Below are positions 9,155 through 18,165 of a DNA stretch of 64,000 bases, piece by piece. This DNA is from Desulfobacterales bacterium (GTDB taxonomy: Bacteria; Desulfobacterota; Desulfobacteria; Desulfobacterales; UBA2156), in contig DRHF01000109.1 in NCBI GenBank assembly GCA_011049715.1, forward strand, positions 1,379-65,378, given 5' to 3'. A model generated the notes under the pieces. The model searched no databases. It was not told where the DNA came from and saw nothing but the letters and a program-made list of their open reading frames with translations. Position 1 is the first letter of the stretch, and each line of letters starts with the position of its first letter. Position numbers and translations under genes: made by a program.

Positions 9155-11278
9155 ATGGGCGACGAGACTTTGGGTAAATATAGTTCACCTGAAAACAGCA
9201 AGAAAATTTTTATTGCCTTTTTTTGTTTAGCATTTCTGATCCTTCTCGTCTATTCCAACACGTTTCATGCTTCCTGGCAATTTGATGATAAACCCAACAT
9301 TGTCAACAATGGCTATTTGCACCTCAAGGACCTGAATCCTGAATCCCTGTTTAAAACCTTTTTTACCAATCCGGCAGATCCCTGGAAAACAGGCAATAAA
9401 CTATATCGACCCATTCCATGTCTGACATTTGCCCTTAACTGGTATTTTGGTGAGAACAATGTAATTGGTTACCACATTGTCAACCTGGTTATCCATTCTC
9501 TGACTGGGTTTCTGCTTTTTCTTACTATTTTGAACTTATTTCAATCTCCGAATCTTAAGCATAAATTTGCTGAAAACGCATTTTTCATCGCCCTTTTGAC
9601 GGCAACGCTGTGGGCAATTCACCCGATTCAAACCCAGGCGGTGACCTACATTGTTCAACGAATGACCTCGATGGCCACCCTGTTTTATATTCTCAGCATG
9701 TTTTTTTATGTAAAGTGCAGGTTGAGCAGTTCCTCTCTGCATCGGATCTTATTTCTTTTGGGTAGCGGGCTGGCTTTTTTATTTGCACTTGGATCCAAAG
9801 AAAACACCGCTACGCTCCCTGTCGCGTTGCTTCTGGTTGAGGTGATATGTTTTCAGGATTTAACCTCACAGCGAACTAAAAGGGTATTTCTTTGGGGGTC
9901 CATTGCCGGAGGCATGCTTCTGATTGTCTTGTTTGTTTGGCTCTTCATCCCTGATAACTCGTTTTCATTTATAAAAGGTTATAATCACCGGCCCTTTAGT
10001 CTCACCGAACGGCTTTTAACGGAACCGAGAATTGTGTTTTTCTACTTGAGTCTCATTTTCTATCCAATGCCAAATCGGCTCTCTATTGAACATGATATAA
10101 CTCTTTCCACTTCACTGTTTCAGCCACTGACAACACTCCCGGCCATTTTACTCACCTTGGTTATCATCGGGATCGGATTTTCACAGATCAGAAAACGGCC
10201 ACTTATTGCTTTGGCGATTCTGTTCTTTTATCTCAACCATATCATTGAATCCACTGTCATTCCCTTGGAACTCATTTTCGAACATCGCAATTATCTTCCG
10301 TCTCTTTTTCTTTTTTTGCCCGTTGCTGCAGGATTCTCGAAGTTGCTTACCTACTACCAAAAGAGAAATAAAGCCCTAAGGGCCGTTTTGGCCGGTTTCC
10401 TTGCTTTGTCAATCATCGCAATTGGATCGGGTACCTATATTAGAAACAGGGCTTGGGCCACAGAAATAAGCCTATGGAAAGATGCGATGGTTAAAGCACC
10501 CAAAAGCGCAAGGCCCTTGACCAATCTGGCATGGCAAATGGCCTATGTTTCTGATGCCAGCAAAAGCCAATATGACGAGGCACTTTTACTTTATGAAAAG
10601 GCACTTTTACTTCAAAAATCAAGGACACGTTTCAATCCGATCATCATGGGTAATATGGCTGGGATATATTTCAGGAAAGGTGAACATCCAAAAGCAATTG
10701 AATTGCTGGAAAAAGCCCTGGCTGTGTCTCCGGATTATGCAAAAGGCCGCTACGACTTGATCCAGATCCTGATAACGCTCGGGAGATGGAACAGCGCATC
10801 AGAGCATGCGGATTATCTCCTTACAAAACATGCTGATCATGAAGGATACCTGAATCAAAAAGGATTAATATTATTGCATCAAAAAAGGTACGAAGAAGCG
10901 ATCGAACATTTGCAAAAGTCACTGTCAATTGCACCCCGATTCAAAACGACGTTAATGGGATTGGGTGTAGCCTTAAGTTTAAACGGAAATTACGGCAAGG
11001 CTGAAATCGTCTTGAGGCGCGCACATCAACTACCACCTGGGAGTATGACAGCACTTTTTGGATTGATAGAAAATAGTTTAAGGGCTGGAGATATCCCCCG
11101 AGCCATGGATTATACAGACAAACTGATCAATACTTACAATATTACCGCAGTAAAGCATCAATTGAAGAATCTTTCAAACGATCATTTTGTGCCGCCCTTA
11201 TCACCTGAATTAATCTCTCAGGTAATAGCACGCCTTCTGGCAGAAAAGTCGAAGGAATTCTCGGAAATTCAGAATTAA
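9155..11278 (+). CDS. TMTC-like GT-C membrane glycosyltransferase with C-terminal TPRs
   Basis: WQFDD acidic pair after TM1, YRP, YHIVNL.IH, HPIQTQAVTYIVQR, KEN, FEHRNYLPS, RNRAW...LW; about 11 hydrophobic segments then TPR repeats. Confidence 0.8.
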   Translation: MGDETLGKYSSPENSKKIFIAFFCLAFLILLVYSNTFHASWQFDDKPNIVNNGYLHLKDLNPESLFKTFFTNPADPWKTGNKLYRPIPCLTFALNWYFGENNVIGYHIVNLVIHSLTGFLLFLTILNLFQSPNLKHKFAENAFFIALLTATLWAIHPIQTQAVTYIVQRMTSMATLFYILSMFFYVKCRLSSSSLHRILFLLGSGLAFLFALGSKENTATLPVALLLVEVICFQDLTSQRTKRVFLWGSIAGGMLLIVLFVWLFIPDNSFSFIKGYNHRPFSLTERLLTEPRIVFFYLSLIFYPMPNRLSIEHDITLSTSLFQPLTTLPAILLTLVIIGIGFSQIRKRPLIALAILFFYLNHIIESTVIPLELIFEHRNYLPSLFLFLPVAAGFSKLLTYYQKRNKALRAVLAGFLALSIIAIGSGTYIRNRAWATEISLWKDAMVKAPKSARPLTNLAWQMAYVSDASKSQYDEALLLYEKALLLQKSRTRFNPIIMGNMAGIYFRKGEHPKAIELLEKALAVSPDYAKGRYDLIQILITLGRWNSASEHADYLLTKHADHEGYLNQKGLILLHQKRYEEAIEHLQKSLSIAPRFKTTLMGLGVALSLNGNYGKAEIVLRRAHQLPPGSMTALFGLIENSLRAGDIPRAMDYTDKLINTYNITAVKHQLKNLSNDHFVPPLSPELISQVIARLLAEKSKEFSEIQN

Positions 11279-11297
11279 TATAGGAAGCACCTCTGAA

Positions 11298-13124
11298 ATG
11301 ATCAGAAAAAATGCGATTATAAATCGATTGTGGGATAGGAAATCGATGATTTGCCTTTTCTTGGTTTTAATGACCTTTGCTATTTTTTACCGGTTGTCCG
11401 GTTATGATTTCGTGAACTTTGATGATGATTTATATGTAACGGCAAATTCTCGTGTCCAAAAAGGTCTGAACATGGAGAACATCGTTTGGGCCTTCAGCAC
11501 CACCGATATTGCGAACTGGCACCCCTTAACCTGGCTTTCTCACATGCTGGATGTTCAACTCTGGGGAATGAATTCGGGCCGGCATCACCTGGTAAATGTA
11601 TTTTTTCATATCACTAATGCGTTATTGCTGTTTCTAACTCTCAACCGAATGACAGGCGCACCATGGTGCAGTGGTTTTGTGGCGGTTTTGTTTGCCCTGC
11701 ATCCGATAAATGTGGAATCGGTTGCCTGGGTGGCGGAACGTAAAAATGTCCTGAGCACGTTTTTCTGGATGATGACCATGTGGAGTTACTGCCAATATGC
11801 AGAAAAGCCCGTTCGCGTGAAATATTTAGCGGTAATTCTCTTTTTTATGCTCGGCCTGATGACCAAGCCGATGCTGGTGACATTGCCTTTTGTCCTGCTC
11901 CTTTTGGATTATTGGCCTCTTAAAAGATTCCGGTTCGCGGCTGCTTCTGTTTCAGGCCAATCACATTTTAAAGCCGACATCAAGTCACACTGTATAGGTA
12001 ATTCGCACCAATCGGATGTATCATCTTCCGATTCTTCAGCTTTTCAAAATCGATCGTTTTTAAGTCTGATTCGGGAAAAAATTCCCCTCTTTGTTTTATC
12101 TGCTTTTTCCTGTGGCGTTACTTATCTATCTCAGGATGCTTCGGGAGCTGTTCGTTCTTTGGAGGTGATACCGCTGACATCACGGATTGCAAACGCTCTG
12201 GTTTCTTATGTGGGTTATGTTGGCAAAATGATCTATCCTTTAAAATTGGCGGTTTTCTACCCATATCCAGCAATTATTCCCGGGTGGCGGATTGCCGGAG
12301 CAGGTTCCATCCTCATAACAATGTGTTACCTGTCTTGGAAGATTCGTGTGAAACACCCGTATGTTCTTATCGGCTGGTTCTGGTACCTCGGCACATTGAT
12401 TCCTGTCATCGGTCTGGTACAAGTCGGTTCCCAGGCCATGGCTGACCGCCATGCATATATTCCTTTGATCGGTCTTTTTATTGCAGGTGTTTGGAGTGTT
12501 TCAGAATTTTTGAAAGTTTATCTTTCTCGCTATAAACTGATTCCAATTGTCGCAACTCTATTGATAGGTATTCTTTTCATGATAACCTGGAAACAGATAG
12601 GTTATTGGAAAAACAGCGCGACACTTTTTCAACACACGATAGATGTTACCACTGATAATTATTTGGCTCGAAATAATCTTGGAAATGCAATGGTCCATTT
12701 AGGAAAAAATGATGAGGCATACCAACATTATGCTGAAGCCCTAAGGATCAAGCCACACGATGCGAATGCGCACTATAACATGGGAATACTGCTGACCACC
12801 AAGGGTAAGCTGGATGAGGCCATTGGTCATTATAAGGCTGCCATAAGATCCAATCCATACTTAAAAAAAGCGTATTATAACCTGGGAACGATACTGCAAC
12901 AAAAAGGCAGTAATGCTGAAGCCATCATTAATTTTTTATATGCTCTACGGTTGGATTCGCGTTTTGCAGAAGCCCACAACAACCTGGGCGTCTTGCTGGC
13001 ACAACAGGGAAAGATCAATGAAGCGGCCGCACATTTTTTAATGGCTGTCAGTCTGAAGACTAACTACATCGCAGCAATAAAAAACCTGCAAAAAGCGCGG
13101 AGCGACATGAGGCGTATCGATTAA
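11298..13124 (+). CDS. TMTC-like GT-C membrane glycosyltransferase with C-terminal TPRs
   Basis: FVNFDDDLYV, NWHPLTWLS, HPINVESVAWVAERK, ADRHAYIP, YWKNS; TPRs (NNLG repeats). Confidence 0.8.
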   Translation: MIRKNAIINRLWDRKSMICLFLVLMTFAIFYRLSGYDFVNFDDDLYVTANSRVQKGLNMENIVWAFSTTDIANWHPLTWLSHMLDVQLWGMNSGRHHLVNVFFHITNALLLFLTLNRMTGAPWCSGFVAVLFALHPINVESVAWVAERKNVLSTFFWMMTMWSYCQYAEKPVRVKYLAVILFFMLGLMTKPMLVTLPFVLLLLDYWPLKRFRFAAASVSGQSHFKADIKSHCIGNSHQSDVSSSDSSAFQNRSFLSLIREKIPLFVLSAFSCGVTYLSQDASGAVRSLEVIPLTSRIANALVSYVGYVGKMIYPLKLAVFYPYPAIIPGWRIAGAGSILITMCYLSWKIRVKHPYVLIGWFWYLGTLIPVIGLVQVGSQAMADRHAYIPLIGLFIAGVWSVSEFLKVYLSRYKLIPIVATLLIGILFMITWKQIGYWKNSATLFQHTIDVTTDNYLARNNLGNAMVHLGKNDEAYQHYAEALRIKPHDANAHYNMGILLTTKGKLDEAIGHYKAAIRSNPYLKKAYYNLGTILQQKGSNAEAIINFLYALRLDSRFAEAHNNLGVLLAQQGKINEAAAHFLMAVSLKTNYIAAIKNLQKARSDMRRID

Positions 13125-13147
13125 GTTCATCAAAAGGTTTTTGTATA

Positions 13148-14938
13148 ATGGTTTCAAAACAAAATAGGAAATATTGCCACAGGGAAACTGGATCCAAAAT
13201 ACGGCCGACGGTCGTTGTCGGTCTTTTTCTCATACTGGCAACACTAACTGTTTATTGGCAGGTCAGAAATCATGAATTTATCGGCTATGACGATGATGGA
13301 TATGTTACTGAAAATCCGCGGGTACAAAACGGATTGACCTTAAAAAATATCATTTGGGCATTCGAATCTACACATAAAAGCAATTGGCACCCTACCACCT
13401 GGTTATCCCACATGCTGGATGTTCAGCTTTTCGGAATGAATCCGGGAGGTCACCATATGACCAGTATGCTCTTTCACATATTAAACAGTTTATTGTTGTT
13501 TGCTGTGTTTAATAGGATGACAGGTAAATTATGGCAGAGTGGATTTGTTGCGGCCATGTTTGCTCTCCATCCCCTTCATGTGGAATCCGTGGCATGGGTG
13601 GCGGAGCGCAAAGATGTCCTGAGCACCTTTTTCGGGATGCTGACCCTTTGGAGTTATGCCCGTTACGCTGAACATCCGGATACAAATCGATTTTTGCCGG
13701 TTATAGGGTTCTTTGTTCTGAGCCTTATGGCTAAACCGATGTTGGTAACATTACCGTTTGTTCTGCTCCTTTTGGATTATTGGCCTTTGAGACGAGCTAA
13801 AATCAGATCCTCCGATGATGATGCCGGTAACCTTCAACCGAGGTCGTTAGTGTTTTTCCTAATCTGGGAAAAAATTCCTCTTTTTTTTCTTTCTTTGGCA
13901 TCGTGTTTCGCTACATTTTTTGTCCAGAGAAAAGGAGGAGCCATAGGCACATTTGACACACATCCATTTTTTGTTAGAGTTTCCAACGCCTTGGTTTCAT
14001 ATACAAAATACATCCAAAAGATGATTTGGCCTGACAATCTGGCCGTTCTGTATCCCCATCCCGCCTCGATATACTGGTGGCAGGTTATAGGTGCTTTTCT
14101 ACTACTCAGTGGGGTCACTTTTTTAGCCATCAGATATCTGAAAAAACTTCCATGGCTTGCGGTCGGATGGTTTTGGTATCTGGGTACGCTTGTCCCGGTA
14201 ATAGGTCTGGTCCAGGTTGGTACACAGGCAATGGCTGACCGGTACACTTATGTGCCGTTGATCGGTCTGTTTATCATTTTGGCCTGGGGTGTCCCTCAAC
14301 TTGTGGACAGGTGGCGACACAAAACCAAATTGGTTTTTACGATATTAACGACCCTGTTCCCCATCCTTATAGCAACCTCGTGGATACAGGCGAGGTACTG
14401 GCAAAACAGTATTACGCTTTTCAGGCATACTCTGGATGTAACATCCGCAAACTTCGTTATTCAAAATAATTTGGGATTCGAGCTGGCATTTCAAAGCCGA
14501 ACTGATGATGCGATTAAACATTATAAGGAAGCATTAAGCATAAATCCCGATTTCGAAATGGCTTACATTAATTTAGGGAAGGCCCTGCTTTCCCAGGGTA
14601 AGTTGGATGAAAGTGTCAATTATTATCAGAATGTCTTAGCAATTAAGCCGAATTACGCAGGCGTTCATCACAATCTGGGTATCATGCTGCTTCGCAGGGG
14701 AGAGATAGATAAAGCGATCTTTCATTTCCGAGAGGCACTCCGTATAAGGTATGACTATGCTGAAGTATATAACAGTCTTGGAGCCGCCATGGCAGCTAGA
14801 GGTGAAATCAAGAAAGCCATTATGTACTTTAAAGAGGCACTACGAATAAGGCCGGATCTCCTTACAGCTGAACAAAACCTTAATAAGTTGGAGAATAAAA
14901 TGGCCTTAAAGTCCAAGGTAACTCTTGATTTTAAATAG
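13148..14938 (+). CDS. TMTC-like GT-C membrane glycosyltransferase with C-terminal TPRs (close paralog of preceding gene)
   Basis: FIGYDDDGYV, NWHPTTWLS, HPLHVESVAWVAERK, ADRYTYVP, YWQNS; TPRs. Confidence 0.8.
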   Translation: MVSKQNRKYCHRETGSKIRPTVVVGLFLILATLTVYWQVRNHEFIGYDDDGYVTENPRVQNGLTLKNIIWAFESTHKSNWHPTTWLSHMLDVQLFGMNPGGHHMTSMLFHILNSLLLFAVFNRMTGKLWQSGFVAAMFALHPLHVESVAWVAERKDVLSTFFGMLTLWSYARYAEHPDTNRFLPVIGFFVLSLMAKPMLVTLPFVLLLLDYWPLRRAKIRSSDDDAGNLQPRSLVFFLIWEKIPLFFLSLASCFATFFVQRKGGAIGTFDTHPFFVRVSNALVSYTKYIQKMIWPDNLAVLYPHPASIYWWQVIGAFLLLSGVTFLAIRYLKKLPWLAVGWFWYLGTLVPVIGLVQVGTQAMADRYTYVPLIGLFIILAWGVPQLVDRWRHKTKLVFTILTTLFPILIATSWIQARYWQNSITLFRHTLDVTSANFVIQNNLGFELAFQSRTDDAIKHYKEALSINPDFEMAYINLGKALLSQGKLDESVNYYQNVLAIKPNYAGVHHNLGIMLLRRGEIDKAIFHFREALRIRYDYAEVYNSLGAAMAARGEIKKAIMYFKEALRIRPDLLTAEQNLNKLENKMALKSKVTLDFK

Positions 14939-14979
14939 GAATAGAGATCAAATGTTTTAGTACATTGATTGGAGTCTGG

Positions 14980-15738
14980 ATGTACAAGGGACAAAAAATT
15001 GTCGTCGTCATGCCTGCATACAATGCGGCCCAAACCCTTCGCAAAACCTATGACGAAGTCATGGCTCAGGATATTGTTGACCTGATTATCGTGGTTGATG
15101 ACCAAAGCCGTGATGAAACCGTGATAATTGCCAAGTCTTTGCCTAATACCCGAGTTTACTCTCACGAAAGAAACAGAGGATATGGTGGCAACCAGAAATC
15201 ATGCTATCGACTGGCTATGGAGGCCGGCGGAGATATCATCATCATGATTCATCCGGACTACCAGTATACTCCAAAGCTTATACCGGCCATGGCTTCGATG
15301 ATCGGAAATAAACTGTATCATTGTGTGTTAGGGTCCAGAATATTAGGTGGATATGCTATAAAAGGTGGAATGCCCATTTGGAGATATGTTGCCAACCGGG
15401 TTCTTACTCTAATTGAAAATATTTTACTAAGAGCGAAGTTGTCGGAGTACCATACAGGTTATAGAGCATTTTCCAGGCATCTATTAGAGCGATTGCCCAT
15501 TGAAGCCAATTCTGATGATTTTGTTTTTGACAACCAAATGCTGGCGCAGGTGTTGTGGTTTGGATATACCATAGCCGAAGTGAGTTGCCCCACAAAATAT
15601 TTTACAGACGCCTCGTCAATTAATTTTTCCAGAAGCATTAAATATGGATTTGGTTGTCTGCAAACAGCTCTAACCTTTCGTTTGGCAAAAATGGGACTAA
15701 TAACTTCAATGATTTTTCCTGATAACTTAAAACACTAA
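14980..15738 (+). CDS. GT2 glycosyltransferase, Dpm1/polyprenol-phosphate sugar synthase-like
   Basis: VVMPAYNA, VVDDQSRD, NRGYGGNQK, HPDYQY, GSR, HTGYRAF. Start moved to the ATG behind GGAG. Confidence 0.85.
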   Translation: MYKGQKIVVVMPAYNAAQTLRKTYDEVMAQDIVDLIIVVDDQSRDETVIIAKSLPNTRVYSHERNRGYGGNQKSCYRLAMEAGGDIIIMIHPDYQYTPKLIPAMASMIGNKLYHCVLGSRILGGYAIKGGMPIWRYVANRVLTLIENILLRAKLSEYHTGYRAFSRHLLERLPIEANSDDFVFDNQMLAQVLWFGYTIAEVSCPTKYFTDASSINFSRSIKYGFGCLQTALTFRLAKMGLITSMIFPDNLKH

Positions 15739-15774
15739 TCCTTGATATTGTTACTTCGGCCAGTTTTACCATAA

Positions 15775-15953
15775 GGGTTCGCGCAGAAATAACTTCGCAG
15801 AATTGGCGCTTAGATTTGGTTCAGGTTTGGCTGATCCGAGAGAGTAAAACCACAGGAATAGCGAGTTATTTCGAGGATTTTGCGAGTGAGGCATCGGTCA
15901 AAGATGGGCTGAAGCTAAGATGCTAAAATGTGAAGTTATTTTTGCGCGAACCC
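15775..15953. mobile_element. MITE family B (179 bp), copy 1
   Basis: TIR GGGTTCGCGCAGAAATAACTTC / GAAGTTATTTTTGCGCGAACCC; flanked by TAA on both sides; near-identical copy at 53247-53425. Confidence 0.92.
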
Positions 15954-16050
15954 TAAGCATCTTCACTCATTGGAAACAGCTGACTGTGCAAGTTCGAGCG
16001 ATTGGCCGAAGCTAACAAGGGAAAATATTGGCCGCCGGACAAAATTATTT

Positions 16051-16857
16051 ATGAAAACTAATGAGAACAGAAATTTTCAAGCGCTTTTTAAGGAAGAAAG
16101 ATACTTAATCCTTAAGAATTATCTTTATAATTATCTTTTACGCAAGAGAGCTATTGAAAAATGTTTAAATCAGGAAGAGCCTGAATTGATACTGGAAATC
16201 GGAAGCGGGATTTCTCCTTTAACAACCTTCTTCAGCCGCACTGTGTATTCTGATTTGTCCTTAGATGCTATCCGTTTCCTTAAACAGAAACAAGGAAAGG
16301 GGTATTATGTTATCGCTGATGGAATCCATCTGCCATTTAAGTCGGATATCTTCTCACACGTTATCTGTTCGGAGGTTCTAGAACATATCAAGAATGATCT
16401 GCAGGCAATGAAACAACTCGCCCGCATCCTTAAAAAGTACGCGGGTTGTCTTATTATTACCGTTCCTCACCGAAAGTGTTATTTTACAAACGATGATCAT
16501 TTTGTCAAACACTATCGGCGCTATGAACTCGATGAAATTATAAAAAAGTTAAAATTGGCCGGTCTCAAACCGATTTGCCTACAAAAAGTACTTGGCCCTT
16601 TGGAAAAGATCACTATGAGCTTTGTTGTATATCTATTTTCTATTGTTCAAAGGCATAAACCATCAAAAGAAATATTCCGGAACCCCGGCCACAACCGGTT
16701 TATGAAATTTTTTGTTTTACTTTTCAAGTACGCAAATTTATTTTATCAAGGATATATTTGGTTGGACGCGAAAATTATGCCCATATCCTTTTCCACGGTA
16801 ATCTTAATTAAGTCTATTCTTTCAAACAAGGAATGCAAAGTTAGTGACATAAAATAA
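16051..16857 (+). CDS. Class I SAM-dependent methyltransferase
   Basis: ILEIGSG motif I, ADGIHLPF, CSEVLEHI, DDHFVKHYRRY. ATG start preferred over the upstream TTG. Confidence 0.88.
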   Translation: MKTNENRNFQALFKEERYLILKNYLYNYLLRKRAIEKCLNQEEPELILEIGSGISPLTTFFSRTVYSDLSLDAIRFLKQKQGKGYYVIADGIHLPFKSDIFSHVICSEVLEHIKNDLQAMKQLARILKKYAGCLIITVPHRKCYFTNDDHFVKHYRRYELDEIIKKLKLAGLKPICLQKVLGPLEKITMSFVVYLFSIVQRHKPSKEIFRNPGHNRFMKFFVLLFKYANLFYQGYIWLDAKIMPISFSTVILIKSILSNKECKVSDIK

Positions 16858-16985
16858 AAACCGAAGTGCGGGTATATCTTAGGCCGCAGAAGACTATTTT
16901 AAATATTCGCTCACTGTATTTGTGAAACAAAGGTTAAGGCTATGACTTGGATGAGCATTTGAAGGAATATTTCCAGGTACCATTC

Positions 16986-17099
16986 GATATCAGGGACGGA
17001 TTAAAGCTTGGCATTACCGGCACACCTGCTTTTGTCATAGATGGTAAAGCCTATTTGGGTCAGTTACCACCTGAAATCATCAAAAAAGCAATCGAATAG
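16986..17099 (+). pseudogene. C-terminal remnant of a DsbA/thioredoxin-fold protein
   Basis: Reads DIRDGLKLGITGTPAFVIDGKAYLGQLPPEIIKKAIE* (cis-Pro GTP motif); no CxxC-bearing N-terminal part upstream. Confidence 0.7.
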
Positions 17100-17176
17100 A
17101 GAACCTTTGTTTTTCTGACAGGATAGACAGGATTTATTGGATTCTTTTGTTGCGTTCTCTGCATCTGCTTTTTTCC

Positions 17177-17230
17177 TTGACATTTTGATCTGTATGTATA
17201 TATACACTTATACACTTGATATATACACTA
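17177..17230 (+). promoter_or_regulatory. Sigma-70 promoter and repeated operator of TA module 1
   Basis: TTGACA followed by a TATATA box overlapping three direct repeats of TATACACT. Confidence 0.6.
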
Positions 17231-17248
17231 AACAAATGAGGTCGAGAG

Positions 17249-17521
17249 ATGGAAAAAGTAAATGCGCTTCAAATCAGAAACAATCTGGGTCAAATATTGG
17301 ACCGCCTGAATGAAAAAGGTGAGCCCATCCTAATCAGCAAAGCACACAAAATAAGAGCGGTATTGGTTACCCCCGAACAATTTGAAAAGCGATTTTTAGA
17401 CTGGCAATCTCAAGATAAAAAGAAACGCCTGCTAAATGCAGTGAAAGAACTGAGGGAAAAAAGAGTGGGAAATTTGACGAGTCTTTCTGTTCTGCGTGAG
17501 TTGAGGGGTTATAAAAATTGA
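17249..17521 (+). CDS. Type II antitoxin, Phd/YefM family
   Basis: MEKVNALQIRNNLGQILDRL...GEPILISK; 4-bp overlap with a PIN toxin gene. Confidence 0.85.
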   Translation: MEKVNALQIRNNLGQILDRLNEKGEPILISKAHKIRAVLVTPEQFEKRFLDWQSQDKKKRLLNAVKELREKRVGNLTSLSVLRELRGYKN

Positions 17522-17949
17522 TCTGGGTTATAGACGCTTCCGTCGCTATTCGATGGTTCATTAAGGAAGAGGCACATCCCCATGCGGATGAAGTTTTGAA
17601 AGGGATTATAGACGATCCTGAAAGGTTTGCTGTACCGGAATTATTTGGATTCGAAGTCTTTTCTGTTTTGTGCCGTTTACATTCAAATGGACTCGATGCT
17701 TTTCAAAAAGGGGCCATTCCAATTCTCCAATTGGGCATATTTCGGCAACCTATGACAAGCAACTTGGCAGGGTTGGCAAATAATTTCGTCCAATTGGGGT
17801 TAACAGGTTATGATGCGTGTTATGCGGCGCTTTCAAAAGATTTAAACGGAACCTGGTTGACTTTTGACAAAAAGGCGCATCAGTTGATTCAAAAAGAAAA
17901 AGTATCGCACCTATTGGATGATGAACTCCCAAATGGTTGGCCAGATTAA
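17518..17949 (+). CDS. Type II toxin, VapC (PIN domain)
   Basis: VIDASVAIRW, E, YDACY, LTFD acidic PIN pattern; TTG start. Confidence 0.88.
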   Translation: MIWVIDASVAIRWFIKEEAHPHADEVLKGIIDDPERFAVPELFGFEVFSVLCRLHSNGLDAFQKGAIPILQLGIFRQPMTSNLAGLANNFVQLGLTGYDACYAALSKDLNGTWLTFDKKAHQLIQKEKVSHLLDDELPNGWPD

Positions 17950-18165
17950 ATATATGCTCACTCCAGTCGGTCCCGCCAGGGCTTGAATTTGGTCTGATTT
18001 TTCCTTCTCAAAAAATCAGATCAACCATAGGTTTTACCTTTGCGAACTCCGCGTGCTCAAGCGAACCCTCCGCAGGCGGATAAAGCGGGTGTGAGATAAT
18101 CATTTCATTCACCATAGTGATAAAGGTTGGATCACCAGCATAGTTGATGGTTTCGGAATTATTTA

